From Desulfosudaceae bacterium (GTDB lineage Bacteria > Desulfobacterota > Desulfobacteria > Desulfobacterales > Desulfosudaceae), in contig CAXXDV010000001.1 in the NCBI GenBank assembly GCA_963674745.2, positions 960,001 through 1,024,000 of the forward strand: 64,000 bases of DNA. Reading direction: 5' to 3'. The notes beneath the pieces were generated by a model that was given only the letters and a program-made list of their open reading frames with translations, searched no databases and was not told the origin of the DNA. This document shows, piece after piece, positions 1 to 8,597 of the stretch. The position numbers were made by a program, and so were the translations under genes. The first letter of the stretch is position 1, and the number at the start of each line of letters is the position of its first letter.

Positions 1-1234
1 GCGGCGTTTTTCCTATCTGTTCCTGAACGCTGAACAGGACCGGCCGATTCCCGGCCAAACTGGCCCCGGCCGCGTCCAGTGCCCGACGGATATGGCCGCG
101 GGCCAGTCCCATGCGACTTTTCAAGTGCAATTCCGTTTCTGCTCCCTGGGCCTCACCGGCGCCCAGGGCCAGAGCACCGGCCCAGGTGAAACCGCATTGG
201 TCGGCAAAGGCGCGACAGATCGCCAGGGCCAGGGCGTTCTGTTCGTACTCCGGAAAGCCGTTATTGATAATGACAAACAGACGGCGGGGCGATGCCCCGG
301 GGCTGTCCGGATCGTTTGCCCTTTGATCAGCCAGCACTTCCAGTGCTTTGGTCACCAGAAAAGGCAGGGCGTCGACATAAAGCGGAAAGGCCAGGATGAT
401 CAAGTCCGCCCGACCGGCGGCGGCCAGCAGTTTCTGTTGACCGCTGTCTCTATTCAGGTCGGCCTTCAGAGTCAAGGCATCGGTTTCCCAGCCGGCGTCC
501 GCCATTTTTTCCAGCACATACTCGCCCAGGATGGCCGAAGTCGATCGCTGATTGATTTTCGGGCTACCGACAACCAGCAGGGCACGGCCTTTGGTGTCGG
601 AACAATCGGTTAAACCGTCGTCCGGCTTCGGAAAAAAATCGAGCAGGTCCTTCGGGGGCCAGGGATCGGACCGGACAATCAACTCCTGCAGTTGCCGCTT
701 CATGTTGTCCTGATCGGTATTTGTATCCACAACCCCGGCCGCAAAAGACGGTGAGAGCATATTAACGGCATTACGCCCGGCCAGGGTCTGAAAGATTTTG
801 TCCGCCCCGGGTATTTTTTTCTCCGCAAGGCCGATACCGATCAGCCGTGGATAGCGTTGGTAACGGGGCAAATGATGAATCTCGCCGTGACGCAGAATGA
901 AAAACGGGGAGACCAGCGGGATGAAGCGATCGACCATCAGCTTCAAGGTGGATGAATAACCGCCGAAGGTCACCGGCGTAAACAGGATCAGCGTGTCGCT
1001 GTTGACGATTGTGCGAACGATTTCCCGGCCCTGATCGGCGGTGACACACTGGCCGGGTGTCTTGACCCAGCACCCGAAACAGCCGGTACAGTGTGCCAAA
1101 TGAATATCCTTTAAATGAAAACACCGTACGTCTGCCTGTTCCTGCTCCAGCATTGATATCAGCAGCGATAACGCTGTTCCAAAACGCTCATCCGTTGAAT
1201 CGGCGCCGTTTAGAATTACGATTCGGTTTGACAT
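1..1234 (-). CDS. Flavodoxin-fold / NADPH-dependent FMN reductase family protein with two flavodoxin-like domains; runs off the left edge
   Basis: Absent from the ORF track because its stop lies outside the window. Manual translation from ATG 1234 (SD GGGGAGG) gives MSNRIVILNG...LAHCTGCFGCWVKTPGQC...FTPVTFGGYSS...LLVVGSPK...LAFPLYVDALP...NNGFPE. Confidence 0.85.
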   Translation of the reverse strand, partial: MSNRIVILNGADSTDERFGTALSLLISMLEQEQADVRCFHLKDIHLAHCTGCFGCWVKTPGQCVTADQGREIVRTIVNSDTLILFTPVTFGGYSSTLKLMVDRFIPLVSPFFILRHGEIHHLPRYQRYPRLIGIGLAEKKIPGADKIFQTLAGRNAVNMLSPSFAAGVVDTNTDQDNMKRQLQELIVRSDPWPPKDLLDFFPKPDDGLTDCSDTKGRALLVVGSPKINQRSTSAILGEYVLEKMADAGWETDALTLKADLNRDSGQQKLLAAAGRADLIILAFPLYVDALPFLVTKALEVLADQRANDPDSPGASPRRLFVIINNGFPEYEQNALALAICRAFADQCGFTWAGALALGAGEAQGAETELHLKSRMGLARGHIRRALDAAGASLAGNRPVLFSVQEQIGKTP

Positions 1235-1269
1235 ACCGGCCTCCCCTTGTTTGGATTAAGTTATTGATT

Positions 1270-1298
1270 TTTCTATCGTACCCGTACGATTATGTCAA
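1270..1298 (-). promoter_or_regulatory. Sigma70-like promoter with a palindromic operator in its spacer
   Basis: TTGACA (1298-1293), N17, TAGAAA (1275-1270); perfect inverted repeat ATCGTAC-CC-GTACGAT at 1275-1290. Confidence 0.55.
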
Positions 1299-1394
1299 GA
1301 TCACATCAGGCCTGTCGAAACCGGAATCCATTGAAAGCATTGGCCGGGTGTGATACCTTAACTCTGACGCTGGCAATCAACTCTGTGGAGGACA

Positions 1395-2345
1395 ATGATG
1401 GACCTGGCGGCACTTGAAAAAAAGCACCCCCCCTCTTTCGATCCCTGCTGGCAGGAGTCGTGGTATTTCAACTTTTCCGACCCGGGCAACAATGTCTACG
1501 GCCTGACGCGTATCGGCTATCGGCCGTCAAAGAACAAAGCAGACGGTCTGTTACTGGCCTCCATCAACGGCAAACCGGCCCTGCTGTATCCGGCCCTGGG
1601 TAAACGGCTTGGGTCGGGCAGGGTAACCATCGACCCTCCGGACATGCTTCAAGTTGACAACCTCTGTTTTACCTGCCGCTCGATCATGGACACCTGGCAG
1701 TTGTCGCTGAAAACCCGTCGTGTCGACCTGGACCTGGCCTGGGCAACCATGACAGGTCCGTATCTTTACCCTGAAGTCGCGACCGACACCGGCCGCTCGG
1801 CCGCGGCCGATCACTATGAACAGGCCGGCCGGGTTACCGGCCATATCCGTTTTGGAAACACCGATATCAATGTTAACGGCTGGGGTCAGCGGGACCATAG
1901 CTGGGGGCCCCGTCACTGGTCCGGGGTGGGCGACTGGACCTGGATCAGCGCCCAGTTTGAATCCGGCTGGGCGTTTAACCACTGGCACCTGGGTGCCGGA
2001 CCACCGGCTAAAACCTGCGGTTTTGTCGGTGACGCTGCCGGCAACCGTGACCTGATCAAGGCGGACATTGACTGGCAGGGTGACGCTCAGGGCCGCAAGC
2101 CCTCCGGCGCCCGGCTGGAATTAAGCATGGCGGACGGGGAAAAACGGGACATGTCCTTTACAGCGAAAACCATGTGGCCCCTGTACAAGGACGGTGCCAT
2201 CATCACTGAAACTTTCGGTGTGTTTTCCTGCCGGGGAGAAAACGGTGTCGGCGTGGTAGAGCGTTTATTTGTTCCGCGTCTGGGTCCGTTGTCCTTGATG
2301 CCGTATGTACCCAAAATGGCGGGCATGGCCCTTTACAGCCGATAA
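1395..2345 (+). CDS. AttH/CrtC/tocopherol-cyclase-like beta-barrel protein
   Basis: Motifs WQESWYFNF, HYEQAGRVTG and GQRDHSWGPRHW; SD GGAGGA. Confidence 0.7.
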   Translation: MMDLAALEKKHPPSFDPCWQESWYFNFSDPGNNVYGLTRIGYRPSKNKADGLLLASINGKPALLYPALGKRLGSGRVTIDPPDMLQVDNLCFTCRSIMDTWQLSLKTRRVDLDLAWATMTGPYLYPEVATDTGRSAAADHYEQAGRVTGHIRFGNTDINVNGWGQRDHSWGPRHWSGVGDWTWISAQFESGWAFNHWHLGAGPPAKTCGFVGDAAGNRDLIKADIDWQGDAQGRKPSGARLELSMADGEKRDMSFTAKTMWPLYKDGAIITETFGVFSCRGENGVGVVERLFVPRLGPLSLMPYVPKMAGMALYSR

Positions 2346-2366
2346 ACCGGATACCTTCAAAAACCT

Positions 2367-4877
2367 ATGTTTTCTTTTAAAACCAGAAACACCCCCGACA
2401 CCGAAGTCTGGTGGCTGCCCCTGGGTCCGGAATCTTCGCCTGACCAATCCCTTCTGGGCGGCAAAGGCGCCAACCTGGTCCGGCTTGTTCGGGCGGGCTT
2501 TGAGGTGCCGCCCGGCGCGGTACTGACGACCGAGCTGTTTCGTGATTTTTATTTTCTGGAAGAGGCCGCCATTCAACGGATTATTGACCGGGTCGTAGAG
2601 GACCAGTCCCGGCCGGACAGGTTATGGGCGGTGCGGTCTTCGGCAGCAGACGAAGACGGCCTGCAGGCGTCCTTTGCCGGCCAGTATGACACCTTCCTGA
2701 ACGTGCCCGATTCAAACCTGCTGAATTGCGTGAAAAAATGCCGGGATTCCGTTTTTTCTTCTCACGCGGAAAGATACCGGTCGGAACTGGCGCCCGGCCA
2801 GAGCCCGTCAATGGCCGTGGTCCTGCAGACAATGGTCCCGGCCCGATGCGCGGGCGTTCTGTTTACGCGGCACCCGGTCCGGCCGGACGTGGACCGCATT
2901 GTTGTCGAGGGGGTGCCCGGTCTGGGGGAAGACCTGGTATCCGGACGCCGCAACCCGGATCACCTGGAATTGTCCCGCAACGGTCAGCGCCTTCTGGAAG
3001 CGTCCGTCGACGGAACGAACTGTCTGGACCAGGTGGGGGATGAAGCGTTTGCCAGACTGGCCCGGGAACTGGAAAAAACGTTCGGCAAACCCCAGGACGC
3101 GGAATGGGCTTTTGACGGCGAAACCCTGTGGGTGCTTCAGACCCGACCCATTACCACCCTCAAGCGCCCGGCCAAAGTCTGGACCCGGGCCTGGGGGGAT
3201 GAGTTCTGGGCCGAAGCCACCACCGAACTGCAATATACCCGGTTAGGCCGCTGGATCAGCGAAGATTACATGGCCGACCTGGCCAGGATCAACCGGTGGC
3301 ATTTTGTCAAAGACATAACGCCGTTTGCCAGAATTCACAGCCATGTTTATTTTAACGCCGAATACATGTACCGGCTGATCCCCCTGCTGCCGCCGGCCCT
3401 GCGTATCGAGCGCATGTTCGGATGGCTGCCCCCCTACTGGCGGGCGGAACTGCCAACCATAAAATTCCGCCCTTTTACGCTTTTGGGCAACATGATCCGG
3501 TCGCGCCTGGCAGACAAAAACGCCGACCTGTTTTCTCACTATAAAAAGCTACCTGAATATGGCCGGCAGGTTGAGCAGAAACTGGCCGCAGGGCTGGGGG
3601 ATGACCTAAGCAAATTGGATGACCGGGCCTTGTGGGCCAGGTTGGAAGCAGATGACGAAATGGGGCGGGCGCATTTTCGTTTTATCCGCTGGGGACTGGC
3701 CTCCCATTTGATGCCGACCAAGCTTGTCTGTGCCTGGATCACGGAAAACTGGACCACTTATGATGCTTTTTTTGATCCTGAAGGTCATTTCCTGGAGATG
3801 CTGCTGATCGATCCGGCCGGCAACACCACCCTTCAGGTCAACCGGGAACTCAGGCGGCTCGGCCGGGAGGCGGCCCAAATTCCGGCCCTGATGGATCTGG
3901 CCGAAAAGGGGAACGGCCCGCCCACGCTCGAAGCGATCCGGGACCTGCCCGGGGCGGCTGACTTTGCCCGCAAGTTGAACGCCTTTATCACCACCCACGG
4001 TCATCGCGGCAGTTCCCGGGAACTGCATCTGCCGCGCTGGATGGACGACCCCGGCCTGGTTATCGCGCCGATCCTGGCCTTTGCGACCGCAGGCAAACAG
4101 GCCGGGGAAAGAGAAAAGGGGCCTGACAATGCCTTTGAGCGACGCTGGCTGAAAGAAATCAGTCAGAATGCCGGAGGATGGTGGAAAAAACGGATCGCGA
4201 AAAAAGCCCTCACGCTGGCCCGGGCTTATACCCAGTACCGGGAAAACCAGCGATATGTTCTGGACTACATTTTAACCGATATGCGCCATGTTCTGCTTGA
4301 AATCGGCGCCCGGCTGACCGGCAGGGGGCTTCTGCAGCAGGCCGACGACATCTTTTTTCTGTATGATGCGGAATTAAAAAACATCCAACAGGAAAACGCG
4401 CCGCCGCCGGAGGGACTGCAACGGCGTCGGGCCCGTTTCGAAGCAGATGCCGGAACGCTTCCACCGGAATGGATCATAGACGACCAGCCCTACCCGACAC
4501 CCGGGGACAAGGGTCTCGCCGGAACCGACACCCTTTTGGGAACCGGCGCATCTCCGGGCATCGTTACCGGCCGGGCCCGGGTCATCCTGACCGTGGAAGA
4601 GCTGAAGTCGGTCCGGCCGGGTGATATCCTGGTAGCGCCCAATACGGATTCCGGCTGGACACCGGTATTCGGGCTGATTTCCGGCCTGGTGGTTCAGACC
4701 GGGGGCATGCTTTCCCACGCAGCCATCGTTGCCAGGGAATACGGCATCCCGGCCGTGACCGGCGTGGTTGATGCCTGCGCGCTGATAACGACGGGACAGG
4801 CCACGGAAGTCAACGGTGATAACGGACGGGTGAAGATGCTGGAAGCAGTGAAATCAAGGAACATAGACAGAGATTGA
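2367..4877 (+). CDS. PEP-utilizing dikinase-like enzyme with rifampin phosphotransferase/PigC domain order (ATP-grasp, substrate domain, C-terminal phospho-His domain)
   Basis: GGKGANL, AVRSSAADED..SFAGQY, QDAEWA..LQTRPIT; C-terminal GGMLSHAAIVAREYGIPAV. Confidence 0.9.
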   Translation: MFSFKTRNTPDTEVWWLPLGPESSPDQSLLGGKGANLVRLVRAGFEVPPGAVLTTELFRDFYFLEEAAIQRIIDRVVEDQSRPDRLWAVRSSAADEDGLQASFAGQYDTFLNVPDSNLLNCVKKCRDSVFSSHAERYRSELAPGQSPSMAVVLQTMVPARCAGVLFTRHPVRPDVDRIVVEGVPGLGEDLVSGRRNPDHLELSRNGQRLLEASVDGTNCLDQVGDEAFARLARELEKTFGKPQDAEWAFDGETLWVLQTRPITTLKRPAKVWTRAWGDEFWAEATTELQYTRLGRWISEDYMADLARINRWHFVKDITPFARIHSHVYFNAEYMYRLIPLLPPALRIERMFGWLPPYWRAELPTIKFRPFTLLGNMIRSRLADKNADLFSHYKKLPEYGRQVEQKLAAGLGDDLSKLDDRALWARLEADDEMGRAHFRFIRWGLASHLMPTKLVCAWITENWTTYDAFFDPEGHFLEMLLIDPAGNTTLQVNRELRRLGREAAQIPALMDLAEKGNGPPTLEAIRDLPGAADFARKLNAFITTHGHRGSSRELHLPRWMDDPGLVIAPILAFATAGKQAGEREKGPDNAFERRWLKEISQNAGGWWKKRIAKKALTLARAYTQYRENQRYVLDYILTDMRHVLLEIGARLTGRGLLQQADDIFFLYDAELKNIQQENAPPPEGLQRRRARFEADAGTLPPEWIIDDQPYPTPGDKGLAGTDTLLGTGASPGIVTGRARVILTVEELKSVRPGDILVAPNTDSGWTPVFGLISGLVVQTGGMLSHAAIVAREYGIPAVTGVVDACALITTGQATEVNGDNGRVKMLEAVKSRNIDRD

Positions 4878-4948
4878 AAGCACCGGCCGGGTGTGATATT
4901 TTAATGTCGGCTCTGGTAATCAATGCTGCGGACGATAATGGGGGGATT

Positions 4949-5779
4949 ATGTTATCAAAAATATTAGCGTCCTTCTCGACCCCTGAAAAAGACACCGACA
5001 ACGACGCCTGGTGGCTGCCGCTTGATCCGGAAACACCTTTGGACACATCTGTTCTGGGTGATAAGGGCGCCGGGCTGGTCCGGCTGATGCAGGCGGGCTT
5101 TAACGTGCCGGCCGGCGTGATCATGACGACCCGGTTTCTCCATGATTTCTTTTTTCTGGAAGAGCCCGAGGTCAGGCGCATGTTCGACGACACCATAACA
5201 ACACCTGCCCGGTCGGATGTATTATGGGCGGTCCGCTGCTCGGTGGCGGATGGGGAAAAAACCCGGGCATCTCTTGTCGACCGGCTGGGAACCGTCCTGA
5301 ACGTCCCTTCCGCGGAACTGTTTGATTGTGTTAAACATTGCTGGGCCTCGGTTTACGCACAACCCGGCCGGATTTATCAGACGGTTCCGGAAAACGGATC
5401 CAGGCCGTTTCTGGCGATAATTCTCCAGCAGATGATAGCGATGCAAAGCGCAGGGGTTTTATGTATGGGCGATCCGTCAAACTCAGACGGCGACAGCATC
5501 CTCATTAAGGGCGTAGCCGGATTAAATAAAGACTTGAGAGGCGGCTTGTGCAAACCGGATTGCCTACGCCTGTCCCGGGAGGGAGACCGGCTTTCAACGG
5601 AAACCGTCGACACGGTTAACTGCCTGGACCGGATCGGTGATGCGGTTTTTGTGCAGTTGGCCCGCGACCTGACGCAGACCTTCGGAGCGCCCCAGGACGT
5701 GGATTGGGTTTATGACGGCCGGACCCTGTGGGTGCTGGAAAGCCGGCCGTCAACCGCATGGCCGGCGCCTACCCCCTGA
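4949..5779 (+). CDS. Stand-alone, degenerate PEP/pyruvate-binding (ATP-grasp) domain; paralog of the N-terminus of the upstream gene
   Basis: Colinear similarity (WWLPLDPE/WWLPLGPE, DFFFLEE/DFYFLEE, NCLDRIGD/NCLDQVGD); ATG 4949 follows a G-rich SD. Confidence 0.8.
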   Translation: MLSKILASFSTPEKDTDNDAWWLPLDPETPLDTSVLGDKGAGLVRLMQAGFNVPAGVIMTTRFLHDFFFLEEPEVRRMFDDTITTPARSDVLWAVRCSVADGEKTRASLVDRLGTVLNVPSAELFDCVKHCWASVYAQPGRIYQTVPENGSRPFLAIILQQMIAMQSAGVLCMGDPSNSDGDSILIKGVAGLNKDLRGGLCKPDCLRLSREGDRLSTETVDTVNCLDRIGDAVFVQLARDLTQTFGAPQDVDWVYDGRTLWVLESRPSTAWPAPTP

Positions 5780-5797
5780 CAGGAGGACGACACAGAC

Positions 5798-6304
5798 ATG
5801 GCGCCGAAAAAAATCGTGGTCAATGATCTGATGCAGCAAAATTATGTGTATGACCTGACGGAACCGGCCGGACGGAATTTCGCGCCGGCGTTCACTCCGG
5901 ATTTGACACCGCGGCAGATGCTGGAAATGGGGGTGTTCGGCGGTAAATACATGACCGACTGCACAGACGAATTTCCCAAAACCTGGTTTGCCCGGGCCCG
6001 GCTGTGCCCGGAGCGGCATGACCCGGCCATGAACTTTTTCGGTGTCAATGCCTCCCAGCCGTTGTCGGTATGGCGGGAAAAAGGCTGGCTTTATCATGAC
6101 GATCCCCGGGGATGGTTTCAGTGGTACTGCCGTTATTACCGGGGGCGCCGCTGCCCGGATGACGCCCGGCAGATCAAACGCTGGAAAGCCATGGCCCGGC
6201 ATATCGCCCAGATCAAAAAGCACTGCCGGCCCGGCGATATCCGGTGCCGGCCGAAGCAGCGGCAGGCCCTGCTGAACTGGGCCTTTGACAGCCGGCTGAT
6301 GTAG
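5798..6304 (+). CDS. Conserved uncharacterised protein (LTP..ML..GVFGG / DPRGWFQWYCRYY / RQALL.WA family)
   Basis: SD AGGAGG; recognisable conserved Trp/Arg-rich motifs; function unknown. Confidence 0.8.
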   Translation: MAPKKIVVNDLMQQNYVYDLTEPAGRNFAPAFTPDLTPRQMLEMGVFGGKYMTDCTDEFPKTWFARARLCPERHDPAMNFFGVNASQPLSVWREKGWLYHDDPRGWFQWYCRYYRGRRCPDDARQIKRWKAMARHIAQIKKHCRPGDIRCRPKQRQALLNWAFDSRLM

Positions 6305-6412
6305 ACAATTATAATGGAATCAAACCGGGTAAAATTTTCCGGTTGACCGAAGCCTTTACTTTATCAGAACATATCATTTATTGCGCAATCTCAACCCTTT
6401 AAAGGCAACGCT

Positions 6413-6832
6413 ATGCGGGACGACATTAAAACCCTTATTCAAAACAGGCGGCATTGCGTCCTGGCCACGATTGCCGGTGACGCCCCTTACTGTTCTTTAA
6501 TGGCCTATACGACCAATACGGAATGCAACCTTTTCTTCATGGCAACCCATCGCAACACCAGAAAATTCAGGAACATTACCGACAACCCCCGGGTCAGCCT
6601 GCTGATCGATTCCCGGGAGATACGGACGCCGCAGGCCCTGACGATTGAGGGTACAGGCACGGAGATCAAAGCGGAAAAGGACAGAAAAGCAGCAACCGAT
6701 CTATTGCTGGCCGACCACCCTTCTCTGATCGACTTTATCCGTCATCCGGAAGCGGTGTTGATCTGCGTTACAGCTCAAAGTGCGGTTTTTTTAAACGGCC
6801 TGACCGACGCGTATTACGAAACGCTTGCCTGA
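6413..6832 (+). CDS. Pyridoxamine 5'-phosphate oxidase family (FMN-binding split barrel) protein
   Basis: CVLAT..PYCSLMAY, TRKFRNITDNPRVSLLIDSR. Confidence 0.85.
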   Translation: MRDDIKTLIQNRRHCVLATIAGDAPYCSLMAYTTNTECNLFFMATHRNTRKFRNITDNPRVSLLIDSREIRTPQALTIEGTGTEIKAEKDRKAATDLLLADHPSLIDFIRHPEAVLICVTAQSAVFLNGLTDAYYETLA

Positions 6833-6873
6833 TTTTGGATTCGAATGATTGATTCGCAAATCGGAGAAAAGCC

Positions 6874-7863
6874 ATGCCCTCACAAACGCCTGAAAAAATA
6901 CTGCTGACCGGCGCCTCCGGGTTTATCGGTCAGCGCCTGCTCTACAAGCTGGATGAACGGGGATACAGCGTCCGGTGCCTGACACGTAAACCCGCCGCCA
7001 TGCGCTTTTCCCGGCCGCTGAAACATGAGCCCCAAATCGTTTACGGCGACCTGCTGGATCCCGCCTCACTGGAAAAAGCCCTCGACGGTATTGATACGGC
7101 CTACTACCTGGTTCACTCCATGGGTGGACGCAGTCTCAAAGAAATGCGCAGTTTTGAGGAGCGGGACCGGATGGCGGCCGCCAATTTCGTGCAGGCCGCG
7201 GACCGGGTCGGCCTGCCCCGCCTGATTTATCTCGGGGGGCTGGGAGATGTTTCGACAACTTTATCACCGCATCTGGCCAGCCGGCAGGAAGTGGGCCGGA
7301 TCCTGGCCTCGGGGCGGGTCAGCGCCACCATACTGCGGGCGGCGGTTATTATCGGCGCCGGCGGAGCGGGGTTTGAAATGATCCGCTACCTGGTGGAACG
7401 ACTGCCGGTCATGCTGGGGCCCAAATGGGTCTATACCGAATCCCAGCCCATTGCCATTGAGAACGTGCTTGATTACCTGACCGGCTGCCTGACCAAACCG
7501 GAGACATCCGGGCAGACACTGGATATCGGCGGCCCCGACGTGCTGAGTTACGTCGACCTGATGCGCATGTACGCCCGGGTCCGGGGATTACGACGATATA
7601 TTGTAGGGGTGCCCTTTTTTTATACCCTGCTGTCCGCCTACTGGGTGGCCCTGATCACACCGGTTCCGGCCGGTATCGTGCTGCCCCTGGGTGAAGGTCT
7701 TAAATCACCGGCCCTGTGCCGGGAGGACCGGATCACCCGGATGATTCCCCTGGACCTGATTCCCATGGAACAGGCCATATGTAACGCCCTGGCCGAAGAA
7801 GAAGAGGGCCCCGGCCGGTTGCTGTCCCAGCAGGCCTGTTTTCTTTCTGAAAAAACCGGTTAA
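6874..7863 (+). CDS. NAD(P)H-binding atypical SDR/epimerase (YbjT-like)
   Basis: LLTGASGFIG, AYYLVHSM, LIYLGGLG, SPHLASRQEVG, FEMIRYLVERLP. Confidence 0.88.
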   Translation: MPSQTPEKILLTGASGFIGQRLLYKLDERGYSVRCLTRKPAAMRFSRPLKHEPQIVYGDLLDPASLEKALDGIDTAYYLVHSMGGRSLKEMRSFEERDRMAAANFVQAADRVGLPRLIYLGGLGDVSTTLSPHLASRQEVGRILASGRVSATILRAAVIIGAGGAGFEMIRYLVERLPVMLGPKWVYTESQPIAIENVLDYLTGCLTKPETSGQTLDIGGPDVLSYVDLMRMYARVRGLRRYIVGVPFFYTLLSAYWVALITPVPAGIVLPLGEGLKSPALCREDRITRMIPLDLIPMEQAICNALAEEEEGPGRLLSQQACFLSEKTG

Positions 7864-7883
7864 AACAAATAAAGGAGGTTGCC

Positions 7884-8066
7884 ATGTCCGCTGCTCAAAA
7901 CGAAAAGTTCGTCCGCGTTAAAGACCCCCAGGGAAACGAATTTCTTTGTCCGCTTTCAGCACTCAAGGACGTCCGGGAAGCGTCCGATGAAGAACTGGAC
8001 AATTGCGTGGATGACGGCACCGCGGGTCGTTATGCCGGCAACATCGACGTCGTGGACCCTGAATAA
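7884..8066 (+). CDS. Small acidic hypothetical protein (60 aa)
   Basis: Strong SD AAAGGAGG; fills the gap between two co-oriented genes. Confidence 0.7.
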   Translation: MSAAQNEKFVRVKDPQGNEFLCPLSALKDVREASDEELDNCVDDGTAGRYAGNIDVVDPE

Positions 8067-8084
8067 CAACATGCGGCCGTCATC

Positions 8085-8534
8085 GTGATTATCCGTGAGG
8101 AAATCTTTATCGCAGCTTCTCCCGAAACCGTCTGGGGGGTGTTTGCCGACATCGACAACTGGTACCGGTGGAATCCGGTCTGCCGCGAATGCCGGCTGGA
8201 ATCCGGGCCGTCCATGGAAACGGGGGCATGCCTTTCGTTTCAGCTCAACCCCGTGTTTTTCCCGGTTCGTATCAGCACGGTCATAAAAGAGTGTCAACCG
8301 GGCCGGAAGGTGGTCTGGATCGGGTCGAAATGGGGATTACACGCGGAACACACGTTTTTGTTCAAGCCGGAAAACGGCGGAACGCGACTGGAAAGCATCG
8401 AACGGTTTTCCGGCTGGGTATTGCCGCCCCTGAGACTGGCCGGTATCCCCCGGCGACTGCACCAACTGACCCGGGAGCTGCTGGCAACCATTAGAACAAG
8501 GACCGAAGATCCATCGACGCCAGAAAACAATTGA
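8085..8534 (+). CDS. SRPBCC/polyketide cyclase family protein
   Basis: I.I.ASPETVWGVFADIDNWYRWNP, AEHTFLF..GTRLESIERFSG; GTG start. Confidence 0.85.
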   Translation: MIIREEIFIAASPETVWGVFADIDNWYRWNPVCRECRLESGPSMETGACLSFQLNPVFFPVRISTVIKECQPGRKVVWIGSKWGLHAEHTFLFKPENGGTRLESIERFSGWVLPPLRLAGIPRRLHQLTRELLATIRTRTEDPSTPENN

Positions 8535-8597
8535 CTTAAATCACAGGTTTATTAAATTGAACCGTATACCGTAAATATTTTTTAAAGGGGGGCCACC

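Noticed and set aside
92..1353. ORF-track entries 92..613(+), 111..326(+), 771..1124(-) and 1093..1353(+)
   Set aside because: They are shadows or off-frame readings of the real minus-strand flavodoxin-like gene starting at 1234.
2367..4877. Calling this gene ppsA/ppdK or rph
   Set aside because: Domain order excludes PEP synthase and PPDK. I cannot confirm rifamycin-binding residues or an upstream RAE element, so resistance is unsupported.
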